A stretch of 64,000 bases of DNA from Candidatus Marinacidobacterales bacterium (GCA_965226495.1 OZ245365.1:4280563-4344562); one strand, 5' to 3'. Positions 39,868 through 48,474 are shown, counted from the stretch's first letter. Notes: generated by a model not told the origin, from the sequence alone. Program-made: numbers and translations.

Positions 39868-42342
39868 ATGTCACTCGACCCCGGCACTAAGCTGGGTCCC
39901 TATGAAATCCAGGCACCCATCGGCGCGGGCGGCATGGGCGAAGTCTACAAAGCGAAGGACCTCAAGCTCGGCCGGGACGTAGCCATCAAAATCCTGCGCG
40001 GGGATCTTGCCGGGGATCCCGAACGCTTGAGGCGCTTCGAGCAAGAGGCCCGCGCGGCTTCATCTCTCAACCACCCGAACATCGTCACCATTCACGACAT
40101 CCGCCTTCGCAAGGCTTCCGCCTCCGCGCAGCTTCGGCGGGACAAGTCGGCGGGACAAGTCGGCGAAGAAGGCGATATCGACTACATCGTCATGGAGTAC
40201 GTCGAGGGCACGACACTCCGAGACATGCTTGGCGGAGAGCCGTTGCCGAACAAGAAGCTTCTCCAACTCTCCACGCAGATTGCGGATGGACTTGCCAAAG
40301 CGCACTCCGCGGGAATCGTTCACCGGGACCTGAAGCCAGAGAACCTGATGGTTACCAACGACGGGTTCGTCAAGATTCTAGACTTTGGAATCGCCAAGCT
40401 AACGCCTCAGCTCTACGAAGCCAGCTCTGAGGAGAGTTCTTCGTCAAGGGTTGGGGGCACACTGGCGAAGGAGGGCACGACTCCGGGTGTGGTGATGGGA
40501 ACGGTTGGTTACATGTCTCCAGAACAGGCGAAGGGGCTGCCATCGGACTATCGCTCCGACCAGTTCGCTCTAGGTACCGTCCTCTACGAGATGGCGGCAG
40601 GAAAGCGGGCCTTTCGCCACGACACACAGGGAGAGACGCAGGTCGCGATCATCCGGGACGAGCCAGAAGCCCTCACCCAACTCAACCCCAACCTTCCTGC
40701 GCCATTTCGCTGGATTGTCGAGCGGTGCCTAGCAAAGGCTCCAGAAGAGCGGTACACGTCGACCCAAGACCTTGCCCGCGAATTACAGAACGTACGAGAC
40801 CATCTCGGCGAAGTTTCCTCGTCGACAGCCATCGCTAAACCTCAACTTGGCCACCGACGGGCGGGCATACTTTCCTTAGCCGCGTTGCCCATCATTGTGC
40901 TCGCCCTGGTTGTCGGATTGAACGTCGGCGGCTTGCGGGAGCGGCTGTTCGGTGGAGCAACTCCAGGACGCATTGAATCCATCGCTGTTCTGCCACTGGA
41001 GAATCTCTCAGGCGACCCCGAGCAGGAGTACTTTGCCGATGGGATGACCGAAGCGCTAATTGCGGACTTGGCCAAGGTGGGCTCCATCAAGGTGATCTCA
41101 CGGACCTCGGTGATGCAGTACAAAGGAGTCAAGAAGCCGCTCCCAGAAATCGCTCGAGAGTTGGGTGTGGATGCGGTTGTCGAAGGGTCGGTCATGCGTT
41201 CCGGGGATCGCGTACGGATCACCGCCCAGCTCATCGATGCGGCGACCGACCAACATCTCTGGACCGAGAGCTACGAACGGGACCTGCGCGACATCCTCGC
41301 CTTGCAAAGTGAGGTGGCACGGGCCATCGCGAAAGAGATCAAAATCACGCTGACGCCTCAGGAGGAGGCACTCCTGGCCAGCGCTCGCCCCGTCGACCCC
41401 GAGGCCCATGAGGCCTATCTCAGGGGACGGTATTCCTGGAACAAAGAAGATGTGAAGACAGCCGTCGACTATTTCGAGCGGGCGATCGACCAAGACCCCG
41501 ACTACGCTATTGCCTACGCGGGACTGGCCGACGCCTATGCCATACTTGGGCTTTGGGGAATTACTCCCCCTGCGGAGGCGATACCGAAAGCGCGCGCCGC
41601 GGTGCAGAAAGCGCTGGAGCTGGACGATACGCTCGCCGAAGCGCACACCCCGTTGGGACTCATCAAATTCTATTTCGACTGGGAATGGTCGGCTGCCCAG
41701 GCAGAGTTCCGGCGGGCCCTCGAGCTCAACCCGAGCTATGCCCTCGCTCATGACTTTTACGCCGTGTATCTGGCTGCGGTGGGGCGACTCGATGAAGCCC
41801 TGGCCGAAATAAAGCGCGCGAAGGAGCTCGACCCGCTATCCCTTAGGATGGACGTGGCTCTGGCGTTTCAATTCCGGCTCTCACGCCAGTACGACCGATC
41901 CATCGAAGAAGCGCAGAAGGTGCTCGAGATGGATCCGAGCTATTGGCTGGCGCAATTGAACCTCGCGACCACTTACCGCGCGAAGGGGCTAGACGAGGAA
42001 ATAGTTCTTGAAGCGTATAGAAAACAGCACGTGCTAGCCGGAGACAGCGAGCGTGTGGAGGCCGTGGATCGCGGCTACGCCGAGTCGGGCCCTCGAGGAG
42101 CCTACCTCGAAGTGGCTGAAATGTTGGTAGCACGATCCAAGCTCAGGTACGTTTCCTCTATCGACACCGCCTTAGCCTATGTTTACTGCGAGAGGAAGGA
42201 CGAAGCCTTTTTTTGGCTGGAAAAAGCATACGCGGAGGGGAATCCCTTCTTAGCCCTTCTTGCCGTAGAGACCGATTGGGATCCCATTCGTTCCGACCCC
42301 CGCTTTCAAGATTTGGTGCGGCGCATGAACTTCCCCGACTAG
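39868..42342 (+). CDS. Ser/Thr protein kinase with TM, TolB-like domain and TPR (paralog 2). It carries a 20-aa insertion in the kinase N-lobe.
   Basis: Same architecture as paralog 1. Bases 40210-40810 are essentially identical to 37690-38290. The insert RLRKASASAQLRRDKSAGQVGEEGD contains the direct repeat gacaagtcggcgg/gacaagtcggcg. Confidence 0.9.
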   Translation: MSLDPGTKLGPYEIQAPIGAGGMGEVYKAKDLKLGRDVAIKILRGDLAGDPERLRRFEQEARAASSLNHPNIVTIHDIRLRKASASAQLRRDKSAGQVGEEGDIDYIVMEYVEGTTLRDMLGGEPLPNKKLLQLSTQIADGLAKAHSAGIVHRDLKPENLMVTNDGFVKILDFGIAKLTPQLYEASSEESSSSRVGGTLAKEGTTPGVVMGTVGYMSPEQAKGLPSDYRSDQFALGTVLYEMAAGKRAFRHDTQGETQVAIIRDEPEALTQLNPNLPAPFRWIVERCLAKAPEERYTSTQDLARELQNVRDHLGEVSSSTAIAKPQLGHRRAGILSLAALPIIVLALVVGLNVGGLRERLFGGATPGRIESIAVLPLENLSGDPEQEYFADGMTEALIADLAKVGSIKVISRTSVMQYKGVKKPLPEIARELGVDAVVEGSVMRSGDRVRITAQLIDAATDQHLWTESYERDLRDILALQSEVARAIAKEIKITLTPQEEALLASARPVDPEAHEAYLRGRYSWNKEDVKTAVDYFERAIDQDPDYAIAYAGLADAYAILGLWGITPPAEAIPKARAAVQKALELDDTLAEAHTPLGLIKFYFDWEWSAAQAEFRRALELNPSYALAHDFYAVYLAAVGRLDEALAEIKRAKELDPLSLRMDVALAFQFRLSRQYDRSIEEAQKVLEMDPSYWLAQLNLATTYRAKGLDEEIVLEAYRKQHVLAGDSERVEAVDRGYAESGPRGAYLEVAEMLVARSKLRYVSSIDTALAYVYCERKDEAFFWLEKAYAEGNPFLALLAVETDWDPIRSDPRFQDLVRRMNFPD

Positions 42343-43466
42343 CGACGGGGCGCCTTCAGGCTGAACAGTTCGGAAGCCTCTTCAAAACCCTTGGCGTGGC
42401 GTTTTCCCACTCGCTTGAACTTAAAGCGTTTTTCAGCCTTCTCTCGTGTGTCGGAGCAGGCGAGGATAGGACCGGTCTTGTCCGACACAAATTTCTCTAT
42501 CCGGAAGGCAAGGACCACAGGCTCCCCCACCATGGACAGGCCCTTCCGGCGTTCACCCCCGAAACTGTCGATCATCACCGGCCCTGTCGCCAGGGCCCAG
42601 TCTATTTTCAGAGGGAAATTCTCGATGGACCAGATGCTGTCGTCATCGGCGATCTCGAGGGCGATTTCGTGAAGGGCTAGGGCCGCATGGCACGCCCGTT
42701 CGGCGTGATTCGTCTCCGCGCGCTCATCCTCTTCCCAAAAGGCGAATATGGCATCACCTTGATATTCCTTCACGGTTCCGCCAAGATCATTCACCGTCTG
42801 CTCCAGCCGTGCAAAAACCCGTTCGACGCACTTCTGCAGTTCCTCCGGAGGAACCTTTTGCACCAGCATCGTGTAATCGCGGATATCGCCCACTAGCGTG
42901 GTCACGTAGCTGACCTTGGAGGTACCAACGGTCGCGTTTGATTCGAAGGCCTGGTCTATCTGGGGGATTTCCTCGGCCAGAAGGACAAGCTCCAGCTCGT
43001 CGCTCACCTGGATCGTTTGTCCCACCTTCAGTTGGAATTCCAGGTTGGGTACGAGGCGGCGCCCATCAACTCGCGTCCCATTTCGGCTGACGTCGCGGAC
43101 CACGAAGCTACCGTCTTGATTGCGGGTCACGGAACAATGACGTGAGGAAACCGTCGCGTCGTCCACAAGGAGCACACCCGGCGCGAGCACCTGGCCAGAC
43201 TTGTAACGGCCCACGTCGATTCGTTCGTAGAAGCGAAAGCGTTGCTCCTGGTCGGTGCCCAGATTGCGCACCAGGTCCGCAGGCGCCGGCCCGATTGTAG
43301 CCGGCGGCTCGTAATACACCGGGGCGAGCGAGACCCTTCCCTCCTCGGGCTGGTCGGATTGGGTCATGCCGGAGACGGCTCCATGGCCTCGCGGTTCCGG
43401 GAACGGATCTCGTTGATACTGGGCATCGTGGGCGGTGGCGGTATCGGAAGAGGGGTTCGCTGTCAA
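42339..43466 (-). CDS. FHA-domain-containing class III adenylate/guanylate cyclase
   Basis: FHA: SRHCSVTRNQDGSFVVRDVSRNGTRVDG. Cyclase CHD: VTTLVGDIRDYT, QGDAIFAFW, GPVM...LSMVGEPVVLAFRIEK. Its 3' end shares a CTAG stop with STK2 (42339-42342). Confidence 0.85.
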   Translation of the reverse strand: MTANPSSDTATAHDAQYQRDPFPEPRGHGAVSGMTQSDQPEEGRVSLAPVYYEPPATIGPAPADLVRNLGTDQEQRFRFYERIDVGRYKSGQVLAPGVLLVDDATVSSRHCSVTRNQDGSFVVRDVSRNGTRVDGRRLVPNLEFQLKVGQTIQVSDELELVLLAEEIPQIDQAFESNATVGTSKVSYVTTLVGDIRDYTMLVQKVPPEELQKCVERVFARLEQTVNDLGGTVKEYQGDAIFAFWEEDERAETNHAERACHAALALHEIALEIADDDSIWSIENFPLKIDWALATGPVMIDSFGGERRKGLSMVGEPVVLAFRIEKFVSDKTGPILACSDTREKAEKRFKFKRVGKRHAKGFEEASELFSLKAPRR

Positions 43467-43534
43467 TCCAGCACTAGCTAAAGGGAATCGGGTGCCGCCT
43501 CACCCTGGGAAGGATAGCACATTCTGGAAAGGCC

Positions 43535-44437
43535 TCACGGCAGGAAACGTCCCACTTCCGAGTCGAAAATTTCCTCCGCAGGCACGGTTACATTGTAACG
43601 TTCGCGAGCGACCTCCAAGATGGAGCCTGCAAACTGCGGGTGATCTTTCAGGGCGTTCATCAAATCCGCTTTGTCTAGAACGAACAGATCGCAATCGCTC
43701 ACCGCGCGGACCGATGCGGTGCGTTCTTGAGAAAAAAGCAGACCGACCTCCCCAAAGAAATCTCCATCGGTCAACTCGCTAATCGCCCTGCCGCTAGAGT
43801 CCAACACCTCCGCCCGTCCCCGACTGATGAAGTACATTTCGTGACCGACCTCGCCCTTTTCGATGACGTACTCACCCGGGCCGTAGGCGACGGGCTTGAG
43901 CATCAGGGACAGGGAATTCAGGAAGACGGTGCTACAAGATTGAAACAGCGGCACCCCCTGCAGAACATCCCGGTTGATGACCTCCACCCAGCGCCGCCCG
44001 TCGTCTTCGATGAGGTCGAAGGCTTCTCGTGGTCCCCACGATCCCGCGGGATAGTTGGGAAAGTCTTTCGCTCTTTCCGAGGCCCAGGAATCGAGAATCG
44101 GTTGAGCGATTTCCCAAGCCGTCTCGACCAAATCGGTCCGTGAAAAAAGCGTCGCGTCGCCGATCATGGTGTTGTACAACAGCGTCTCGTAACCCGTGCC
44201 CCTCGACGCTTCGAAGGCCTCCCCGTAGTTGAAACGCATGTTGACCTTCTGGAGATGCATCGACGGGCCGGGCGTCTTGGCCTGGAAACGAAGCTCGATT
44301 CCCTGATCCGGCTGGATATGAAAAATGAGCTGGTTGGCGTCGAGGTGAGCCACCGGCGTGTCGGATAAAGCGGACCCGCGCCTCAACCGACTCCAAACGA
44401 AAGCGATGGTGGGAGAGCCAATCTGGGCCGCGAGCAA
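43535..44437 (-). CDS. cNMP-binding (CAP-family) domain protein. Its N-terminal half is an in-frame remnant of the glucose-6-phosphate dehydrogenase C-terminal domain. The true start is unknown.
   Basis: Residues ~30-150 (LIFHIQPDQGIELRF...KTPGPSMHLQKVNMRFNYGEAF...GYETLLYNTMIGDATLFSRTDLVETAW...YPAGSWGP...DGRRW) align to the last ~120 aa of Zwf. Residues 150-300 are a canonical cNMP-binding domain (GEYVIEKGEVGHEMYFISRGRAEV...GDFFGEVGLL...RTASVRA). There is a stop immediately upstream of the ORF, and no N-terminal G6PD part is found in any frame. Confidence 0.6.
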   Translation of the reverse strand: MLAAQIGSPTIAFVWSRLRRGSALSDTPVAHLDANQLIFHIQPDQGIELRFQAKTPGPSMHLQKVNMRFNYGEAFEASRGTGYETLLYNTMIGDATLFSRTDLVETAWEIAQPILDSWASERAKDFPNYPAGSWGPREAFDLIEDDGRRWVEVINRDVLQGVPLFQSCSTVFLNSLSLMLKPVAYGPGEYVIEKGEVGHEMYFISRGRAEVLDSSGRAISELTDGDFFGEVGLLFSQERTASVRAVSDCDLFVLDKADLMNALKDHPQFAGSILEVARERYNVTVPAEEIFDSEVGRFLP

Positions 44438-44687
44438 GGGCGATCAGGGTGCGATCCATCGACTCATCGTGCGGGGCTTCGATCAGGATGCCGGCGACTA
44501 CGATAAACGTACCCCGCTTCACTTGGCCGCCGCGGAGGGCCACGAGCACATCGTCCAGTACTTCATCGACCAAGGCGTCGAGCTCTCTCCGCGCGACCGC
44601 TGGGCTGGCACGCCCCTTTGCGACGCCCGCCGCCATGGGCACGGCCGCGTGGTCCAGCTGTTAGAGAGCCACGGCGCGGTCGAGTAG
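44406..44687 (+). CDS. Small ankyrin-repeat protein with 2-3 ANK repeats
   Basis: KRTPLHLAAAEGHEHIVQYFIDQGVELSPRDRWAGTPLCDARRHGHGRVVQLLESHGA. An ATG is at 44406, alternatively a GTG at 44358. Its 5' end overlaps the opposite-strand G6PD-remnant ORF. Confidence 0.6.
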   Translation: MVGEPIWAASKGDQGAIHRLIVRGFDQDAGDYDKRTPLHLAAAEGHEHIVQYFIDQGVELSPRDRWAGTPLCDARRHGHGRVVQLLESHGAVE

Positions 44688-44737
44688 GTCCACTGCGCGG
44701 GTTGCATTCCCGACCACGCGCGAGTAATAACCTGGCC

Positions 44738-45844
44738 GTGCTCCAGTCCGCCTTCTTCCGGAAGTACCTTCTCCCCGGTTTCGTACTTCAATCCATGGTC
44801 ATCGCCGGTGGTTACGGGACCGGTCGCGAGTTGGTCGAGTTCTTCTTGAAATTTGGCGCCATCGGCGGGCTCCTTGGCATGTGGCTGGTCTCGGTCGTCA
44901 TCTGGTGCGCCGTGTGTGCCGTCACGTTCGAGCTGGCGCGACTAAGCAAGTCATACGACTATCGAACCTTCGCCCGACAGCTCCTCGGTCGTTTCTGGTG
45001 GTCCTACGAAGTTTGTTACTTGATCATGATGTTGATCATTCTCTCCGTTATTGCGGCCGCGGCCGGGAGCATTGTCCAACAATTGTTCTCCGCTCCCTAC
45101 TTCGTGGGCGTGGTTCTCATCATGGGGGCGGTGGGCTTTCTGGTGCTCAAGGGCACATCGCTGGTCGAGCGCGTACTTTCCTTCTGGTCGTTAGTCCTCT
45201 ACGCCGTCTACATCGTGTTTCTCATCGCGTGCGTTTCCAAGTTCGGCGACGACATCGCATCCGGCCTCAAGCAAGGGGAGATCAAACCGGGCTGGTTAGG
45301 CGGCGGGCTGAAGTATGCCGCCTACAATCTTGGCATGCTTCCAGTAGTTCTCTTTGCGGTGAGGCACATCGAGCGGCGAAAAGAGGCCTTCATCGCAGGT
45401 GTCTTGGCGGGGCCGATCACAATGCTACCTGGGTTCTTCTTTTATCTCACCATGGTCGGACGCTATCCCGCCGTCGTGTCGGAGACTGTTCCCTCCGTCT
45501 TTCTCTTGGAAGAGCTCGGCTCGCGCCTGTTTCTTTTCGTCTTCCAGATCATGCTCTTGGGTACTCTTGTGGAAACCGGGACCGGTATGATCCACGCCTT
45601 CAACGAGCGACTCGCCACAGCCCTCGAGGAGAAAGGCCGGAAACTGTCGCCCGTATTCCGGCCCGCGGTCGCCGTTTTCCTTCTCTTGTTGGCCAGCGTC
45701 GTAGCCCAGGTAGGGCTCGAGAACTTGGTCGCCAAAGGATACGGCACGGCGACCTACGGCTTCTGGATCGTGTTCCTTATTCCAGTCTTGACGATCGGGG
45801 TCTACAAGATCGCCACCATCAAGGAACCCGTACCCGCGAAGTAA
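44738..45844 (+). CDS. Polytopic membrane protein, possibly YkvI-like (transporter-like, ~11 TM). The start is uncertain: GTG at 44738 or ATG at 44795.
   Basis: Highly hydrophobic. The N-terminal VIAGGYGTGRELVEFF resembles the YkvI-family start. The ORF-track N-terminus (44618) overlaps the ankyrin gene and is not protein-like. Confidence 0.5.
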   Translation: MLQSAFFRKYLLPGFVLQSMVIAGGYGTGRELVEFFLKFGAIGGLLGMWLVSVVIWCAVCAVTFELARLSKSYDYRTFARQLLGRFWWSYEVCYLIMMLIILSVIAAAAGSIVQQLFSAPYFVGVVLIMGAVGFLVLKGTSLVERVLSFWSLVLYAVYIVFLIACVSKFGDDIASGLKQGEIKPGWLGGGLKYAAYNLGMLPVVLFAVRHIERRKEAFIAGVLAGPITMLPGFFFYLTMVGRYPAVVSETVPSVFLLEELGSRLFLFVFQIMLLGTLVETGTGMIHAFNERLATALEEKGRKLSPVFRPAVAVFLLLLASVVAQVGLENLVAKGYGTATYGFWIVFLIPVLTIGVYKIATIKEPVPAK

Positions 45845-45920
45845 CTGTCTCCGCATACGTCCCATCGCTTTGCGCTATGATGGATCTACGCAAAGCCAAT
45901 CGAACCGACTGAAGTCTCCC

Positions 45921-46672
45921 ATGAGCATGCTGCGGCGTTTTCTACTCTTGGCCCTAGGGGTCTTTCCGATTTGGGCCATGGGTTGTAGTTCTTCCACCTC
46001 ACCGTCCCCCGCCAACGATCTGGACGCGGCGAGCCACGTCACCGCGGAGACGGCCGAGCCCCGGGCGGAGTACACCGTCACGTTCGATGCGGCCTGGAGC
46101 GCGGCCACGCATCCAGAAGATTTCCCCGGCAACCCCCACTTTTCGGGATTGATCGGCGCAACCCATAACAACCAGGTCCGTTTTTGGAATGCCGGGAGAA
46201 GAGCGTCGGACGGCATCAAGGCTATGGCGGAGCGGGACAGCAACCGCGGAGACCCCTCTCAATGAAGAGATCCGCGCCGCCCAAGCCGATGGTACGGCCG
46301 ACAAGCTATTGTCGGGCGACGGCATCGCGCGATCGCCGGCAAGCGTGTCTCTCGATTTCGTGATCCGGCGCGACCACCCGCTGGTCACTCTCGTCTCGAT
46401 GGTGGCACCCAGTCCCGATTGGTTTCGCGATGGTGGCACCCAGTCCCGATTGGTTTGCGGGCGTTTTAAGCCTTCTCGAAGGAGATCAGTGGGTCGACGA
46501 GCTCACGGTGGTGCTCTTCGCCTACGATGCCGGCACCGATAGCGGAACGACCTACGCGTCGGCCGATCAAGCGACTTCGCCCCGCGAGCCGATCCAGCGA
46601 CTAGAAGGACGCCCCCTTGCGGTAGGTGGCCAAGTCGCACCCGTCGGCACGTTCACCTTCACCCGACACTGA
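45921..46672 (+). pseudogene. Spondin_N-domain lipoprotein, disrupted by a 1-nt indel (~46235) and a 31-bp tandem duplication
   Basis: Lipobox LALGVFPIWAMGC. The spondin_N sequence (YTVTFDAAWSAATHPEDFPGNPHFSGLIGATHN...) continues across three ORF-track frames (45870, 46189, 46430). The central block VSMVAPSPDWF is duplicated. Confidence 0.7.
46397..46458. repeat. 31-bp direct tandem duplication (cgatggtggcacccagtcccgattggttt+cg / +gc), 29 of 31 positions identical
   Basis: Read directly from the sequence. It lies inside the spondin_N gene, and 31 is not a multiple of 3. Confidence 0.85.
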
Positions 46673-46674
46673 GC

Positions 46675-47120
46675 CTATACCGGCCAGCCGCGCCAGGTTC
46701 GGGCCACGCGACCCTCGGAGTCTAGCTCGCTGCCACAGATGTAAGTCTTGATGTTGTAGATCTTGCCCTCGCGGATTTTGTCGACGACGGCGAAGTAAAA
46801 CTGGACGCGACTCCCCGCCGGGCCGCCGTCCTTTGGGCTCTCGCTTCGGGTGCCGAGACCCTCTGCTTCGAGCACGACTTGGCTATCCTTCGCGAATACG
46901 TTCGTAATCTCCCACTTCAGATCGGGAAAGGTGTCGAAGTACATCTGCATTTCGTCTCGGATCTGATCCTTCCCGCTGCGGGGCTCCTCGCCAGATCGAG
47001 ATCGACGATGTCACTGGATAGCGTCGAGACCGCCTTGTCGATATCGTGCTCGGACATCCCTTCTATGTTGGTCCGCACGAGCTCCATGTTTGCCAATTCC
47101 TCTTCGGTGAACGCGCTCAT
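46675..47120 (-). pseudogene. SnoaL-like / NTF2-fold ester-cyclase family protein, frameshifted by 1 nt in a C/G run at about 46972
   Basis: The N-terminal part MSAFTEEELANMELVRTNIEGMSEHDIDKAVSTLSSDIVDLDLA is in the frame of ORF 46917..47198. The C-terminal part GKDQIRDEMQMYFDTFPDLKWEITNVFAKDSQVVLEAEG... is in the frame of ORF 46675..46950. Adding one G to the GGG run restores a continuous protein. Confidence 0.7.
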
Positions 47121-47136
47121 ATCGCCTCTCCTTGCG

Positions 47137-48474
47137 CTATGGGGTCGTGGCAGACGGAGACATCGAGCTCTTCCTGCGGTCGCGGAGGATCTTTCCATCC
47201 TTGATGACCAAGATGGGTCGAGTCACCACGGTAATGTCATCGAGCGGATTGCCGGGCACCACGATCACGTCCGCCAGCTTTCCAACTTCGAGCGTTCCGA
47301 CCGAGTCGGCCATCCCGGCCGTCATGGCGCCGACATGGGTCGCGGCCTGAAGCACTTCTATTGCAGAGTAGCCCCACGCCATGAATTGCGTCAGCTCATC
47401 GTTGTAGAAGCCTGCGATCTTGTCTTGGTACTGACCCTCGACGTCGGTTGCGATGGCCATCGGAATTCCAGCCTGGTGCATCTTGCGAAATCGATCTTCG
47501 AAGTGCTTACCCGAAAGCTGGAAGCGGTTGTCATCCTCGGAGGGCTTGTCCCAGCTCTCGCGGGCACCGCGTCGCGATGTGCTGACGGTTGGGACGATCA
47601 AAGTTCCCTGCCTCTTCATCATCTCGATGACCTGGGCTTCGTTCTTCATCGGATAGAGATGCTCAATGATATCGGCGCCTGCCGCGACGGCCCATTCCAC
47701 CATCATCATGTCCCAGTCCGCGTACCATCCAGAGGCCACCGGCTTGCCGCCCTTCCTACCACCCGCGTGAACGGAAATGAGCGCACCCAGGCTATGGGTC
47801 GTCTCCACGGCTACTTGCACTTCTTCGGCCGTGAACGGAGGAGTCACTTTCGTGAAATCGGCCCCGAGCGCAAAATTCTTACGGATGTTCCTCCGCCATT
47901 CACCGGGCGAGTCCGACGGGACCATGACTTTCTCGGGGAGCATCAACTCGAACTCTCCGCCGTGCGCGCCGGTTGACGCCATGACTTGATTCGCCACGAC
48001 GAGGCGGGGGGCCTCCAGATAACCTTTCTGAATCGCCAGCTTGAGGCCGATGGCCACGTTGTTACGCCCACCCAGATCGCGAACGAGAGTGATTCCGTTG
48101 TCGAGTGCTTGCTGCAAAAGGGCAGCGCCCCGAAGCGCACACAACGAATCGTCCTCGAAGTCTCGAGGATGAGGAAGGAAGAACGCGGGATGGGTGTGTG
48201 CATCGACCAGACCTGGAAGAACGGTAGTGCCTGGGACTTCGATAACCTGGGCGCCATCCGGGACCCTTATCTGATTCTTAGGACCGACCTGGGTGATACG
48301 GTTGCCTTCGATGACAACCGCATAGCCCGGTTTCGATGGCGCTCCGGTCGAATCGATCAGCCTCTCTCCGATAACGACGAGCGGCGGACGCGATTCCTCC
48401 TGCGCCGGCATAGCCGCGGCACTGACGAGAGCTATGAAGACCACTAATAAACCTGGCACTCTTGCTGACTGCAT
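47137..48474 (-). CDS. Secreted amidohydrolase-family protein. The start is placed at MQSARVPGLLVV.
   Basis: Signal peptide and the metal-binding start of an amidohydrolase (PGLVDAHTHP). The C-terminal GTLEVGKLADVIVVPGNPLDD is paralogous to 57338..58915. Confidence 0.85.
   Translation of the reverse strand: MQSARVPGLLVVFIALVSAAAMPAQEESRPPLVVIGERLIDSTGAPSKPGYAVVIEGNRITQVGPKNQIRVPDGAQVIEVPGTTVLPGLVDAHTHPAFFLPHPRDFEDDSLCALRGAALLQQALDNGITLVRDLGGRNNVAIGLKLAIQKGYLEAPRLVVANQVMASTGAHGGEFELMLPEKVMVPSDSPGEWRRNIRKNFALGADFTKVTPPFTAEEVQVAVETTHSLGALISVHAGGRKGGKPVASGWYADWDMMMVEWAVAAGADIIEHLYPMKNEAQVIEMMKRQGTLIVPTVSTSRRGARESWDKPSEDDNRFQLSGKHFEDRFRKMHQAGIPMAIATDVEGQYQDKIAGFYNDELTQFMAWGYSAIEVLQAATHVGAMTAGMADSVGTLEVGKLADVIVVPGNPLDDITVVTRPILVIKDGKILRDRRKSSMSPSATTP

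Noticed and set aside
38822-41751. Minus-strand ORFs inside the kinase genes (38822..39334, 41098..41751, 40842..41234 and others), duplicated between the paralogs
   Set aside because: They are antisense to strongly supported kinase/TPR coding sequence. Their duplication simply mirrors the duplication of the kinase genes. They have no domain similarity.
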